Source: Gemmatimonadota bacterium
Lineage (GTDB): Bacteria; Gemmatimonadota; Gemmatimonadetes; Gemmatimonadales; GWC2-71-9
Length of the DNA stretch: 64,000 nt
Direction: 5' to 3'
NCBI GenBank assembly: GCA_039586365.1
Contig: JBDHKN010000033.1
Location: 14,638-78,637 of the forward strand
Below, one piece after another: positions 49,723 to 57,947 of the stretch (the stretch's first letter is position 1; each line of letters begins with the position of its first letter). The notes below the pieces were generated by a model. It saw nothing but the letters and a program-made list of their open reading frames with translations, was not told the DNA's origin and made no database searches. Position numbers and translations under genes: made by a program.

Positions 49723-49738
49723 TGTGATCCATATCACA
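49723..49738. promoter_or_regulatory. CRP/FNR-family box TGTGA-N6-TCACA
   Basis: TGTGATCCATATCACA, overlapping the expected sigma54 transcription start. Confidence 0.65.
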
Positions 49739-49921
49739 TAAATAGTTGTAGCGTTCTTCAACACACGGGTGGCAAGCAGCTGGTGGTGGCTGTGCCCTCA
49801 GACTTAGAGCAATGATGCCGAGTCCGCTCGGGCCGGGTGAGGCTGCGGAGTCGCATTGTGTGGGACTGGGCTAGTCGAGCGCTACGGCCAAAGGCTGGAA
49901 ATCTCCACACGGGGGGTCATC

Positions 49922-51826
49922 ATGGGCAGGCGCAATTCTAAGCTGACGCGGTTGGTGTTGCTCGCGGCCGTTGCGGTCTTCATCATCACGTGTACTGACT
50001 CGCCGGTCACGTCGCCAGGCTTCGACGGGCCGATGTTCGCCATCTCGGATGGTGGCCACTTCGGGGGCAACGGGGATGTGTTCTTCCTCGAGCCGCTGAC
50101 GGACTTTGACGCGACTAATCCGAACTTCGGCGACCGGCCACCCAATCCCTACCTGGCGCCGGTTGCGCGGGTCTGCGCGCTGAATGCAACGGAGACCCAG
50201 CCCTCGCCCGATGAATTGGGATGCCTTGCTGATTCCGATCCTGAGTTCCAGCAAGACAGGTTGCCGATGGTGTACGACGAGGCCGGCCAGTTCTACAAGG
50301 CCAATCTGAAGGACATCAATTTCACGCTGTATCCGAACCGGATGTACCGAATCGAGATCTTCCTGGGCAACTTCTCGCTCGAGGCATACAGGGATGTGGA
50401 TCCCGACGAGGGTCCTGCCACGGCATCCTGCACGGACGAAGCATTCTGTCAGTTCAACTCCCAAGGCTCGGGCGGTTTGCCGATCAAGGTGATCATCGAG
50501 AGTGGCGCTGCCTGCATTGCGGCTGGGGCGGACCCCGACCTTTGCGCGACGGCGACTCTGGCCGAGGGTGGCACGCTCGCCCTCCAGCAAAACAACGAGA
50601 CCATCAGCGTCGCACGAGTCGACGAAATAAGTGGAGATGGATCCGCCACCATCAATATGCAGGAGTGCCAGGATCTCAGGACACGTAGTAGCTTGGAAGT
50701 CGGTCGGGTCGATCTGATGACGTTCGGCCCCTGCATCGAGATCAATAACCTCGACAATCCCCTGGAGGTGTTTGGCACGGTCACCCAATGCGATGCCATG
50801 GACGCCGCCCTCGATGCCGGTCTGACCTTGGCACAGGTCGAACGGATGACCGTGCATCGCTTCAGCGCAGACGATGGCTTCACCGTTGCTTTGCCGCACG
50901 CTCAAGCCGACGCGTGCACGACGGTGGGCTCCGCGCAGGGCCAGCCATTCGAGTTAACCAACAAAGAACGCCTCATCAGGCTCGCGCGCAGGACCTGGCG
51001 GACGGTCGGTGGACAGTTGCGGGCTCTGGTCGAGCCGCCACCGGCCTGGGCCTGTCACGGAGGCAACTGCGCCGGTCCCACGATCTTCCGCAGCAGCTTT
51101 CAGGTTGCGCAGCCGGCATGGATGGAGTACCACGGCGATAACCCCGGTGGCGACCTAGGCACGCACGATGTGGGTACCACTGTCACAGGGAAGGTACAGG
51201 CATGGGACTCGGGCGAGTTCGACGATGACCCGGCGATAGTCCTTGATCCGGTCTACAACGTACGCCTCACCGTCGAAGTGACGAACGGCAGTGGTTCAGT
51301 GACCAGCACGCCGATCTACACTGATGCCAACGGGATCGCGACATTCGAGCTGACCATCGGACCTGGCGAAAACACGGTTGAGGTGAGTGGTATAGGTGTC
51401 GGCACCGGCGGACTTGTGTTCGCACCCGAACTCGACGGAACCGCAGAGGTGGAACTCGAAGTCGGCAGGCTTACCTTCACCGCATTCGGCCGCGTGACGT
51501 TGTGGTTCGAACCCGACCCGCTGGTGCCGGACGTCATCAATATCGATGCCTCCACTGGAACTGCAGAGATCCCGGAGTTCTCTGTCTGCGCTGGCTATGA
51601 CGGAGTCGCGATCACCGACATCGAGTTCATCAAGAACAACGGCGACCCAGTTGATGTCACCGGCCTGGACGTTCTCCCCGTTGAGACTAACGACGAGTAC
51701 CGGGCTGGCTGCTACACGTTCGCCCTCGGAGACTTGACCATCGACAAGACGGGCGCATATCGGATCGTGGCAAACGGCGAATTCACGTCCCAGAAGTTCA
51801 ACGTGAAACCACCACTGAAGCAGTAG
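49922..51826 (+). CDS. Surface/exported (lipo)protein with Ig-like (Big_1/invasin-type) domains
   Basis: Signal 'MGRRNSKLTRLVLLAAVAVFIITC', 'YTDANGIATFELTIGPGENTVEV', Cys-rich acidic beta-rich sequence. Confidence 0.75.
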   Translation: MGRRNSKLTRLVLLAAVAVFIITCTDSPVTSPGFDGPMFAISDGGHFGGNGDVFFLEPLTDFDATNPNFGDRPPNPYLAPVARVCALNATETQPSPDELGCLADSDPEFQQDRLPMVYDEAGQFYKANLKDINFTLYPNRMYRIEIFLGNFSLEAYRDVDPDEGPATASCTDEAFCQFNSQGSGGLPIKVIIESGAACIAAGADPDLCATATLAEGGTLALQQNNETISVARVDEISGDGSATINMQECQDLRTRSSLEVGRVDLMTFGPCIEINNLDNPLEVFGTVTQCDAMDAALDAGLTLAQVERMTVHRFSADDGFTVALPHAQADACTTVGSAQGQPFELTNKERLIRLARRTWRTVGGQLRALVEPPPAWACHGGNCAGPTIFRSSFQVAQPAWMEYHGDNPGGDLGTHDVGTTVTGKVQAWDSGEFDDDPAIVLDPVYNVRLTVEVTNGSGSVTSTPIYTDANGIATFELTIGPGENTVEVSGIGVGTGGLVFAPELDGTAEVELEVGRLTFTAFGRVTLWFEPDPLVPDVINIDASTGTAEIPEFSVCAGYDGVAITDIEFIKNNGDPVDVTGLDVLPVETNDEYRAGCYTFALGDLTIDKTGAYRIVANGEFTSQKFNVKPPLKQ

Positions 51827-51850
51827 ACTGTCCTGCTACCATCCACCATT

Positions 51851-51883
51851 GGGGCGGCTCGTCTTGAGCCGCCCCTTGTTTTT
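51851..51883 (+). terminator. Rho-independent terminator
   Basis: GGGGCGGCTC-GTCTT-GAGCCGCCCC followed by TTGTTTTT, 25 nt after the stop at 51826. Confidence 0.85.
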
Positions 51884-51969
51884 CACGACGCTGCGATGTC
51901 ATCGTCAGTAACGAATCGGCCGAACCGGGGTACAACTGCGAACCGAGGTGAGGTCGGCCGCTCTGAAAG

Positions 51970-51991
51970 ACCCCAGGCTTTGGCCTGGGGT
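51970..51991. repeat. Perfect hairpin ACCCCAGGC-TTTG-GCCTGGGGT (terminator or IS200/IS605-end-like palindrome)
   Basis: 9-bp stem with 4-nt loop, 33 nt downstream of the minus-strand kinase stop. Confidence 0.55.
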
Positions 51992-51999
51992 TAGCTTGG

Positions 52000-52020
52000 G
52001 CTCCCCGCTCCCCGCTCCCT
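52000..52020 (-). repeat. Heptamer GGGGAGC x3
   Basis: GCTCCCC GCTCCCC GCTCCCT on the + strand, immediately 3' of the minus-strand stop at 52024. Confidence 0.7.
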
Positions 52021-52023
52021 TCC

Positions 52024-55000
52024 TCACACCCCCGGCACCAACGTCGCCGCCAGCCGTGCCGGATTGACGATGTTCTGCGTGGCGAACCACGCGTCTGCGT
52101 CGGCGATGAGGGTGCGGCCTCTGTCGCCACCGAGCAGTTCACCGGTTCGGCGCCTGCTGATCGCGTACCAGAGCGCCGAGTGACATGCCTTGAAGCCCTC
52201 GGTGGCGGAGATGAGGTATTGTAGCGCGTCATCCTGGTTCCCGCGCGTTGCCTCGATGCCGGCTCGCAACAGCTTGGCTTTAGCCTGGTTCGATTCCACC
52301 GAGAAGTGTCGCTCCCGTTCCATGCGTCTCGCATCGCGTGCGGCAATGCGCAGTAGACGCTCCGGCTCCCGTGAGGTGGCTGCCGCGGCAAGCGCGCAAC
52401 TGGCTCGGAACTGCAGACAGCGCACGCGAACCGATCGGACCCGTAGCAGCAGTGATCGTTTGAGCAACGGCCAGTCGGCTACGATGTGGTGGTACGCCGC
52501 CTCGTTCTCACCGGCGTACAGCTCGATCATGCCTCGAGCCAACAGGCAGTTGTAGTGCGGGATATGAAAGGCGCCTTCCTGACAGTGCTCCAGTGCGTCT
52601 GCCAGCGCTTGGCGTGCCCCAGCGATGTCGTCTGCGCTCAGCCACACTAGAGTGGACCATCCCGAGCGAAACATCGTCGCAGCGAACAGGTTGCCGCGAT
52701 CCAATGCATCCTGCAGAAACCGCACGCTGAGTCGACATAGCTCGGAGATCCTACCCGATTCGACGAGACAGGACATGTAGTAAACCCGGGCGATATTGAG
52801 CGGCCACGAAGCGTATGCCTGCTGCCTGACCAATATCTCTTCAGCCTGCTTGGCGAGTTCGGCGCCCTCATCCCACTTGCCGCCGTGCAGCGCAGCTACC
52901 GTACCGATCATCCTGCACAGGCCGATCGCTGCCTGGGAATCGAGCCGGCGGGCGAGCTGCTCCGCCTGTTCCAGCAACCGCTCCGCCTCGGCCACGCCAC
53001 CCGTACTGGCGGCAAATCCCGCCTCCATAGCCAATGCACGGGCAATGCGGGTCGGCTCGCCGGCATTGAGCGCGAAGATCAGGTGGAGCGTCTGGAACGC
53101 GGCTCCCTGGATGTTGTCGACCAGCGCCATCCCCTCGGCTACCGCCCAGCAAGTGTCTATCCTGGTCAGCTCCTCGCTCGGTATCTGGTCCTCACTGGTC
53201 TCTTGGTACTTGAGCCCGCGCAGCCGTAACCTCAGGCGCCTCAGCACTAGCGACAACAGCGCGCGTTTGGGCGTTGGTGCGAGTTTGAGACCCGACTTCG
53301 CCAGCACTCTACCGATCAACTCGAGGCCTTCGTCGATGCGGCCACTGACGAGCAGTTGCTGACCGGCCCTTCGCTCCAGCTCCGGAGCGGTACCCTCGTC
53401 GGCCAGCTTGGTGGCCTCGAGATATGCTCGGGCCGCTGCGCCGCCGCGCCCGGCGTTGGCGAGCGCGTCGCCCAGTCCGACGTACCATGTTCCCACCTCC
53501 GGACTCTCGCCCGCCCTCAAGTCGAGGGCGCGCTGGTAGAAGCGCGCAGCGCGCTCGAATGCCAGCGTCCTCTGGGCCTCTTCCGCAGCTTTGGCTGCAA
53601 AGGCCGCAGCCCGACTCGTGTCACCGGCGCCCGCGTAGTGCTCGTACAACGCTTCAGGATCGTCGATGCCCTTGGCGTCGAGACTGTGGGCCAAGCGGCG
53701 GTGAATCGAACGAACTTCGGCAGTGCTGAGTTCCTGGGCGTAGTGTTCCCGGATCCGGTCGTGATACAGGTCGATGCGCCGTCCGGAGGCAGCGGCTCGC
53801 AGTAGGTGGGCGATCTGCAGGCTGGAGACCAAGGGTCGTTCGTCTCCGGTCAGTCCCGCTGACTGATACGCGACCTCAGCGTGGACCGGCTGCCCTGCGA
53901 CTGCGAGGACCTCCACCAACTCACGTGCGCCCTCGGGCATCTGCAGCAGGCGCGTGTTCAGCACCTCCCCGAGATTGAGCAACCCGGTGCCACCCTCGCT
54001 GCCGACCTCGAGCGCCGCGCGTACCATCTGGTCGAGCAGGAAGGGATTGCCGTCGGACTCCTGGGCCAGCGTTCGCGCGTAGCTGCCCGCGCCAGGCCAC
54101 TTGGGGCCAAGAACTCGCTCAGCGTAGGTCGCCGCCTCGGCAGTAGTGAGCGGCGCCAGGTGCAGGCTTCTCCGCACGGGACTGTCGGCCCGGGCCAATA
54201 GCCGCTCCAAGAACGGGAAGTTGGTGACATCTTCGCTGCGGAAGCTCATGACGAACAGCAGCCGTGCCCGCTCCAGCGACCCCAGCAGGCTCTCCAGCAC
54301 GTCCACGCTATCCCGGTCAGCCCACTGCAGATCGTCGATGTGGATCACGACCGGTCGTTCCAACGAAATGATCTCCAGTGCCTCACGCAGTGCGGCGAAC
54401 GCCCTGCGCCGGAGTTCGCGTCGATCCGAGATCCCGAGCGACAAACCAGCCAGGCGATCGATGGCTTCCACGCGCCGCAGCACCGGGAATACCCAGGCCA
54501 GGGCTCCGGTGTCCGGCGGCAGTCGTGCTGCGACTGTATCTGTGGGCAAGCTTCTGAGCAGTCGGCTCAGCCTGTCCATCACGCCGTCGAGCGCCTTGTA
54601 GGGCACCGACTCGCGCTGGTAGCAGCGTCCTGCGAGTACGACGGAACGCTCCGACATCAGGAGGCCCTGGGTGAAATGACGGACCAGCGTCGTCTTCCCG
54701 ATGCCCGACGGCCCGTACACGCACAGCGAGACCGACCGGTCGGCAACAGCGGTTGTGAACGCGTCTTCCAGCGCGGCGAGCTCGCCGGCCCGTCCGACTG
54801 GTTCCACTGTCTCAGCACGTACCATGTGGGAGTCGATCACGACAGCTGGCTCTGAAACCCGCAGTCGTCCCAGTAGCTTGTGGTCACTCGGCCGGCCGGC
54901 CGGATCACGGGTCGTCAGTGAGACGCAGAGGCCGACCAGATCCGCGGGCAGGTCGGATGCTAATTCACCGGGATAAGGTGGGTCTTCAACCTGCTTTCTA

Positions 55001-55770
55001 CTGAGAACCTGGAGCACCGGGCCCGTGAACGGCAATCTACCGGTCAGCGCCTCGTACAGCAGCACCCCCACGGAATACCAGTCGCTAGCCGGTCCGCACG
55101 GCTCGCCGGCACACTGCTCGGGGGCCATGTACTCCACCGTGCCCGAGATCGTGTCCTCGATGGTCCGCTGCGTACCGGGGGTGGCGATCTCGCCCGCGAT
55201 ACCAAAGTCGAGGATCACTACGCGTCCCGATCTGGTGACCAAGACGTTCGGAGGCTTCAGATCCCGGTGGACCATTCCAGCCCGGTGCAGTGCGGCCACT
55301 CCCTGGAGCAGCTGCCGCAGAGCCGCACGGAGACGCGGCACGTCGAGTTCACCGGTACCTGGCGGTGGGACCCGCGCCCGGTCTCTCACAGCAGCGGGCA
55401 GAGCCGTGGCAGCGTCCGGTAGCGTCGGTTCGCCATCCAGGGACGTGACACGATGGCCCGGTCGCACGTGCTTGATGAAGTTCAGCCCCTCGACGAGCTC
55501 CATGGTGAAGAACCAGATGTCCTCGATAGCTACCAGTTCATACAGCTGGACGAGGTTGCGGTGAGCTACGTCGGCGAGGGCCCGAAACTCATTTTTGAAG
55601 CGGTAGATGGCTGCAGCGTCTGTCCAATGCAGCGATTTCAGCGCGATTTTTTCCTGCCGATCGCGGTCATAGGCCTGATACACTATTCCCATCCCACCGC
55701 GACCAAGTTCCCGCTCTAGCGTGTAGCGGCTGGCAAGAGCCTCCCTGAGTTGGTCCAGCAGCTCGGGCAT
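52024..55770 (-). CDS. Ser/Thr kinase-AAA ATPase (STAND-like)-TPR protein
   Basis: GRGGMG, HRDLKPPN, DFG, APEQ; Walker A GPSGIGKT, Walker B 'VIHIDDLQWAD', 'GNPF'; helical TPR C-terminus. Confidence 0.92.
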   Translation of the reverse strand: MPELLDQLREALASRYTLERELGRGGMGIVYQAYDRDRQEKIALKSLHWTDAAAIYRFKNEFRALADVAHRNLVQLYELVAIEDIWFFTMELVEGLNFIKHVRPGHRVTSLDGEPTLPDAATALPAAVRDRARVPPPGTGELDVPRLRAALRQLLQGVAALHRAGMVHRDLKPPNVLVTRSGRVVILDFGIAGEIATPGTQRTIEDTISGTVEYMAPEQCAGEPCGPASDWYSVGVLLYEALTGRLPFTGPVLQVLSRKQVEDPPYPGELASDLPADLVGLCVSLTTRDPAGRPSDHKLLGRLRVSEPAVVIDSHMVRAETVEPVGRAGELAALEDAFTTAVADRSVSLCVYGPSGIGKTTLVRHFTQGLLMSERSVVLAGRCYQRESVPYKALDGVMDRLSRLLRSLPTDTVAARLPPDTGALAWVFPVLRRVEAIDRLAGLSLGISDRRELRRRAFAALREALEIISLERPVVIHIDDLQWADRDSVDVLESLLGSLERARLLFVMSFRSEDVTNFPFLERLLARADSPVRRSLHLAPLTTAEAATYAERVLGPKWPGAGSYARTLAQESDGNPFLLDQMVRAALEVGSEGGTGLLNLGEVLNTRLLQMPEGARELVEVLAVAGQPVHAEVAYQSAGLTGDERPLVSSLQIAHLLRAAASGRRIDLYHDRIREHYAQELSTAEVRSIHRRLAHSLDAKGIDDPEALYEHYAGAGDTSRAAAFAAKAAEEAQRTLAFERAARFYQRALDLRAGESPEVGTWYVGLGDALANAGRGGAAARAYLEATKLADEGTAPELERRAGQQLLVSGRIDEGLELIGRVLAKSGLKLAPTPKRALLSLVLRRLRLRLRGLKYQETSEDQIPSEELTRIDTCWAVAEGMALVDNIQGAAFQTLHLIFALNAGEPTRIARALAMEAGFAASTGGVAEAERLLEQAEQLARRLDSQAAIGLCRMIGTVAALHGGKWDEGAELAKQAEEILVRQQAYASWPLNIARVYYMSCLVESGRISELCRLSVRFLQDALDRGNLFAATMFRSGWSTLVWLSADDIAGARQALADALEHCQEGAFHIPHYNCLLARGMIELYAGENEAAYHHIVADWPLLKRSLLLRVRSVRVRCLQFRASCALAAAATSREPERLLRIAARDARRMERERHFSVESNQAKAKLLRAGIEATRGNQDDALQYLISATEGFKACHSALWYAISRRRTGELLGGDRGRTLIADADAWFATQNIVNPARLAATLVPGV

Positions 55771-55852
55771 TTTGGGTGGCCTCCCGAGGGCCGCTCCCTA
55801 AGCTACGGTCTGCTGCTAGTTCAAGCCAGATTTGACTGTGCGGCAACAGGAG

Positions 55853-55922
55853 GAGATGGCGGTAAATGGCGGAAAAGGCGGTAGCAGGCGGTAAGATTGA
55901 CGATTGACGATTGACGAGTGAC
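55853..55922 (+). repeat. Compound repeat: GGCGG(T/A)-containing ~10-mers followed by GATTGAC heptamers x4
   Basis: ..ATGGCGGTAAATGGCGGAAAAGGCGGTAGCAGGCGGTAA then GATTGAC GATTGAC GATTGAC GAGTGAC. Confidence 0.65.
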
Positions 55923-56094
55923 GAAGGGGCGGTGGCGCAGATTTCGCCGCACAAATATGTCGACAGAGTGGTGACCTTTCGACACCTGTTCCGGTTCCCT
56001 ACCTAGCTCGCCGCTACAGGCGATCGCTGGGGGCCGCAGACACGGTCGGCCGATCTTGCCATCGAACCCCGCGCGTGTTATCGACCGACCCCCA

Positions 56095-56122
56095 GCTCCC
56101 CGCTCTCCGCTCCCCGCTCCCC
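56095..56122 (-). repeat. Heptamer GG(G/A)GAGC x4
   Basis: GCTCCCC GCTCTCC GCTCCCC GCTCCCC on the + strand, just 3' of the minus-strand stop at 56129. Confidence 0.75.
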
Positions 56123-56128
56123 GTCAGC

Positions 56129-57346
56129 CTACCTGATCCGCTCCACCAATTCCCTCAGCTCTTCTAAAGCCACCGGCGCCCGCAGCACGATCCGCAGGTC
56201 ACCCCGTTGGGCCACCACGGCGTTCAGCGAGTCGACAGCCGGCATCTCCTGGACTCTGCGGGCCTCGTCGAGCGCGGCTTCGCGCGCGTCTACCAGGCCG
56301 CTCACCGCCACCTCACGGAGTTGAATGAGTTCAAGAACGGTTGCCGCATCGAGCCGCTGCCGGACTCGCACTATGCGGCGACCGTCAGCTTCATGAATCG
56401 CGTAATCGAGGACCGGCAGATCCTCGACCTTGGCCACGCTCACGCCAAGATACTCCGTAGCTGCGGCCTCGTTGCTGAGGCTCCACTCGGATTCCGCGAC
56501 GGTTCGGTAGAAAAACTCCTGAGCAGCACTGGGTCGAGCCAGGGCAGCTCGGTTGGCCACGTTGTCGACCGCTACCCGCTGTGGGGCAACGGGTGCGGCG
56601 GCCTGGTAGGCCGCGACCGTGGAGTCAGCGAGGCGTTCACGGATCTCGTTCTGGCGCCGCTTTTCGGCTTCGGCTACGGGCTCGGCGGCCAATTGAGTAG
56701 GGGCATCCCGGCGAGCACCGGCTACCCGATCTGCAGCCACGGCCAACGGTACCGTCTCCTCCTCGACACCCTCAGCTTTGCTGCGATCCTGAGCCAGCAC
56801 CGCTTCCCGTGGAGCCTCACTAGCCTCAGCCCCTCTCCCAGTGGCGAGCTGATCCTGTGCCTCCTGCAACTCCCTCTCTGCCACCTCGAATCGAGCTGCC
56901 GCGTCAGCCTCTGCTTCAGGCTGGGCAACCGGCACACTGCTCGGTGCTGCAGCGGAGCGGCCGATGCGCTCGGCTGCATCCGGTCGCAGTCTATCTCGTG
57001 CGTACCAACCTACGGCCACCGCTAGAACCACAGTTGCCGCCCACGCCAGCTGCCTGACGCGATTAAGCTGAAGGATGCGCCGGCGCGTGGCGGACTGGGC
57101 CGTGGATCGGGCACGGATTTCCTCGAACGGCGGCATTGTCAGATCCGTCGGGCCTGAATGGGCCAGGATAGCCGACGCCCGCTCCCGGGTGAGCCGTACC
57201 TCCGCCAGCAGAGCCTGGCACAGGTCACAGCTGGCGAGATGCCGCTCGATCTCATCGGCCGCTCTGCCACCCTGTCGTTCTGCGCCGTCTGCTCCTACTT
57301 CACCATCCAAGTAGGCATGCAGCAAACCCTCATCCGGATGCCACAT
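56129..57346 (-). CDS. Zinc-binding anti-sigma factor (zf-HC2/ZAS) with TM and low-complexity periplasmic region
   Basis: 'HPDEGLLHAYLDGE...HLASCDLC', TM 'LAWAATVVLAVAVGWY'; overlaps the ECF sigma stop. Confidence 0.88.
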   Translation of the reverse strand: MWHPDEGLLHAYLDGEVGADGAERQGGRAADEIERHLASCDLCQALLAEVRLTRERASAILAHSGPTDLTMPPFEEIRARSTAQSATRRRILQLNRVRQLAWAATVVLAVAVGWYARDRLRPDAAERIGRSAAAPSSVPVAQPEAEADAAARFEVAERELQEAQDQLATGRGAEASEAPREAVLAQDRSKAEGVEEETVPLAVAADRVAGARRDAPTQLAAEPVAEAEKRRQNEIRERLADSTVAAYQAAAPVAPQRVAVDNVANRAALARPSAAQEFFYRTVAESEWSLSNEAAATEYLGVSVAKVEDLPVLDYAIHEADGRRIVRVRQRLDAATVLELIQLREVAVSGLVDAREAALDEARRVQEMPAVDSLNAVVAQRGDLRIVLRAPVALEELRELVERIR

Positions 57347-57830
57347 GGCCGCCCTCCAATCGCTCGTAGGCTGCAACGAGCCGTTTGCGTGCCCGGGCCA
57401 GCGTCGTCCCGACGGCACCTTTCGAAAGGCCGGTTTGCTCGGCGATATCCTCGTAGTTCAAACCAGCATCCCACAGTAGCAGCACGGTTCTATCCTTCTC
57501 TGTCAACGCATCCAACGCTTTCCGTACGGTCTCCGCCCGTTCCTTCTGCTCGAGCTGATCCGCGCTGTCCGCGGCCCTCGCTTCGGCCTCGCCCTTGAGG
57601 AGAATCAAGTGTTTCTTGCGTCGCACCGCTGCCCGTGCCTCGTCTCTCGCCAAGTTGTTGGCCACCGTAAACAGCCATGCGCGCGGGTTCTCAGGGTCGG
57701 AGTCGAGCGCGCGAACGAAAACCTCTTGCGCCAGATCCTTGGCCCGGTCCGGATCCCACACCTTGCGGTGGAGGAAGCGGACCAGGTCCTGATACGTCTC
57801 TCGGTACACCTGCGACCAGTCAGTGGGCAC
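57330..57830 (-). CDS. ECF sigma-70 factor
   Basis: 'AKDLAQEVFVRA', 'RAWLFTVANNLARD', region 4 'GLNYEDIAEQTGLSKGAVGTTLARARKRL'. Confidence 0.93.
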   Translation of the reverse strand: MPTDWSQVYRETYQDLVRFLHRKVWDPDRAKDLAQEVFVRALDSDPENPRAWLFTVANNLARDEARAAVRRKKHLILLKGEAEARAADSADQLEQKERAETVRKALDALTEKDRTVLLLWDAGLNYEDIAEQTGLSKGAVGTTLARARKRLVAAYERLEGGHVASG

Positions 57831-57859
57831 GAGTTCAAGATAAGGTGGCAGCGCCGCAG

Positions 57860-57944
57860 TGGGGCAGAGCGGCAGGGCTTCGGCTGCGAACCCAGGTTTG
57901 CGTGGAGGGTTTCTGCCACCGTATTGCCCTGTCGCTCTGCTCCA
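57860..57944. repeat. Imperfect 19-bp inverted repeat built from GGCAG(A/G)GC octamers
   Basis: TGGGGCAGAGCGGCAGGGC (57860-57878) versus GCCCTGTCGCTCTGCTCCA (57926-57944). Confidence 0.65.
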
Positions 57945-57947
57945 TCC

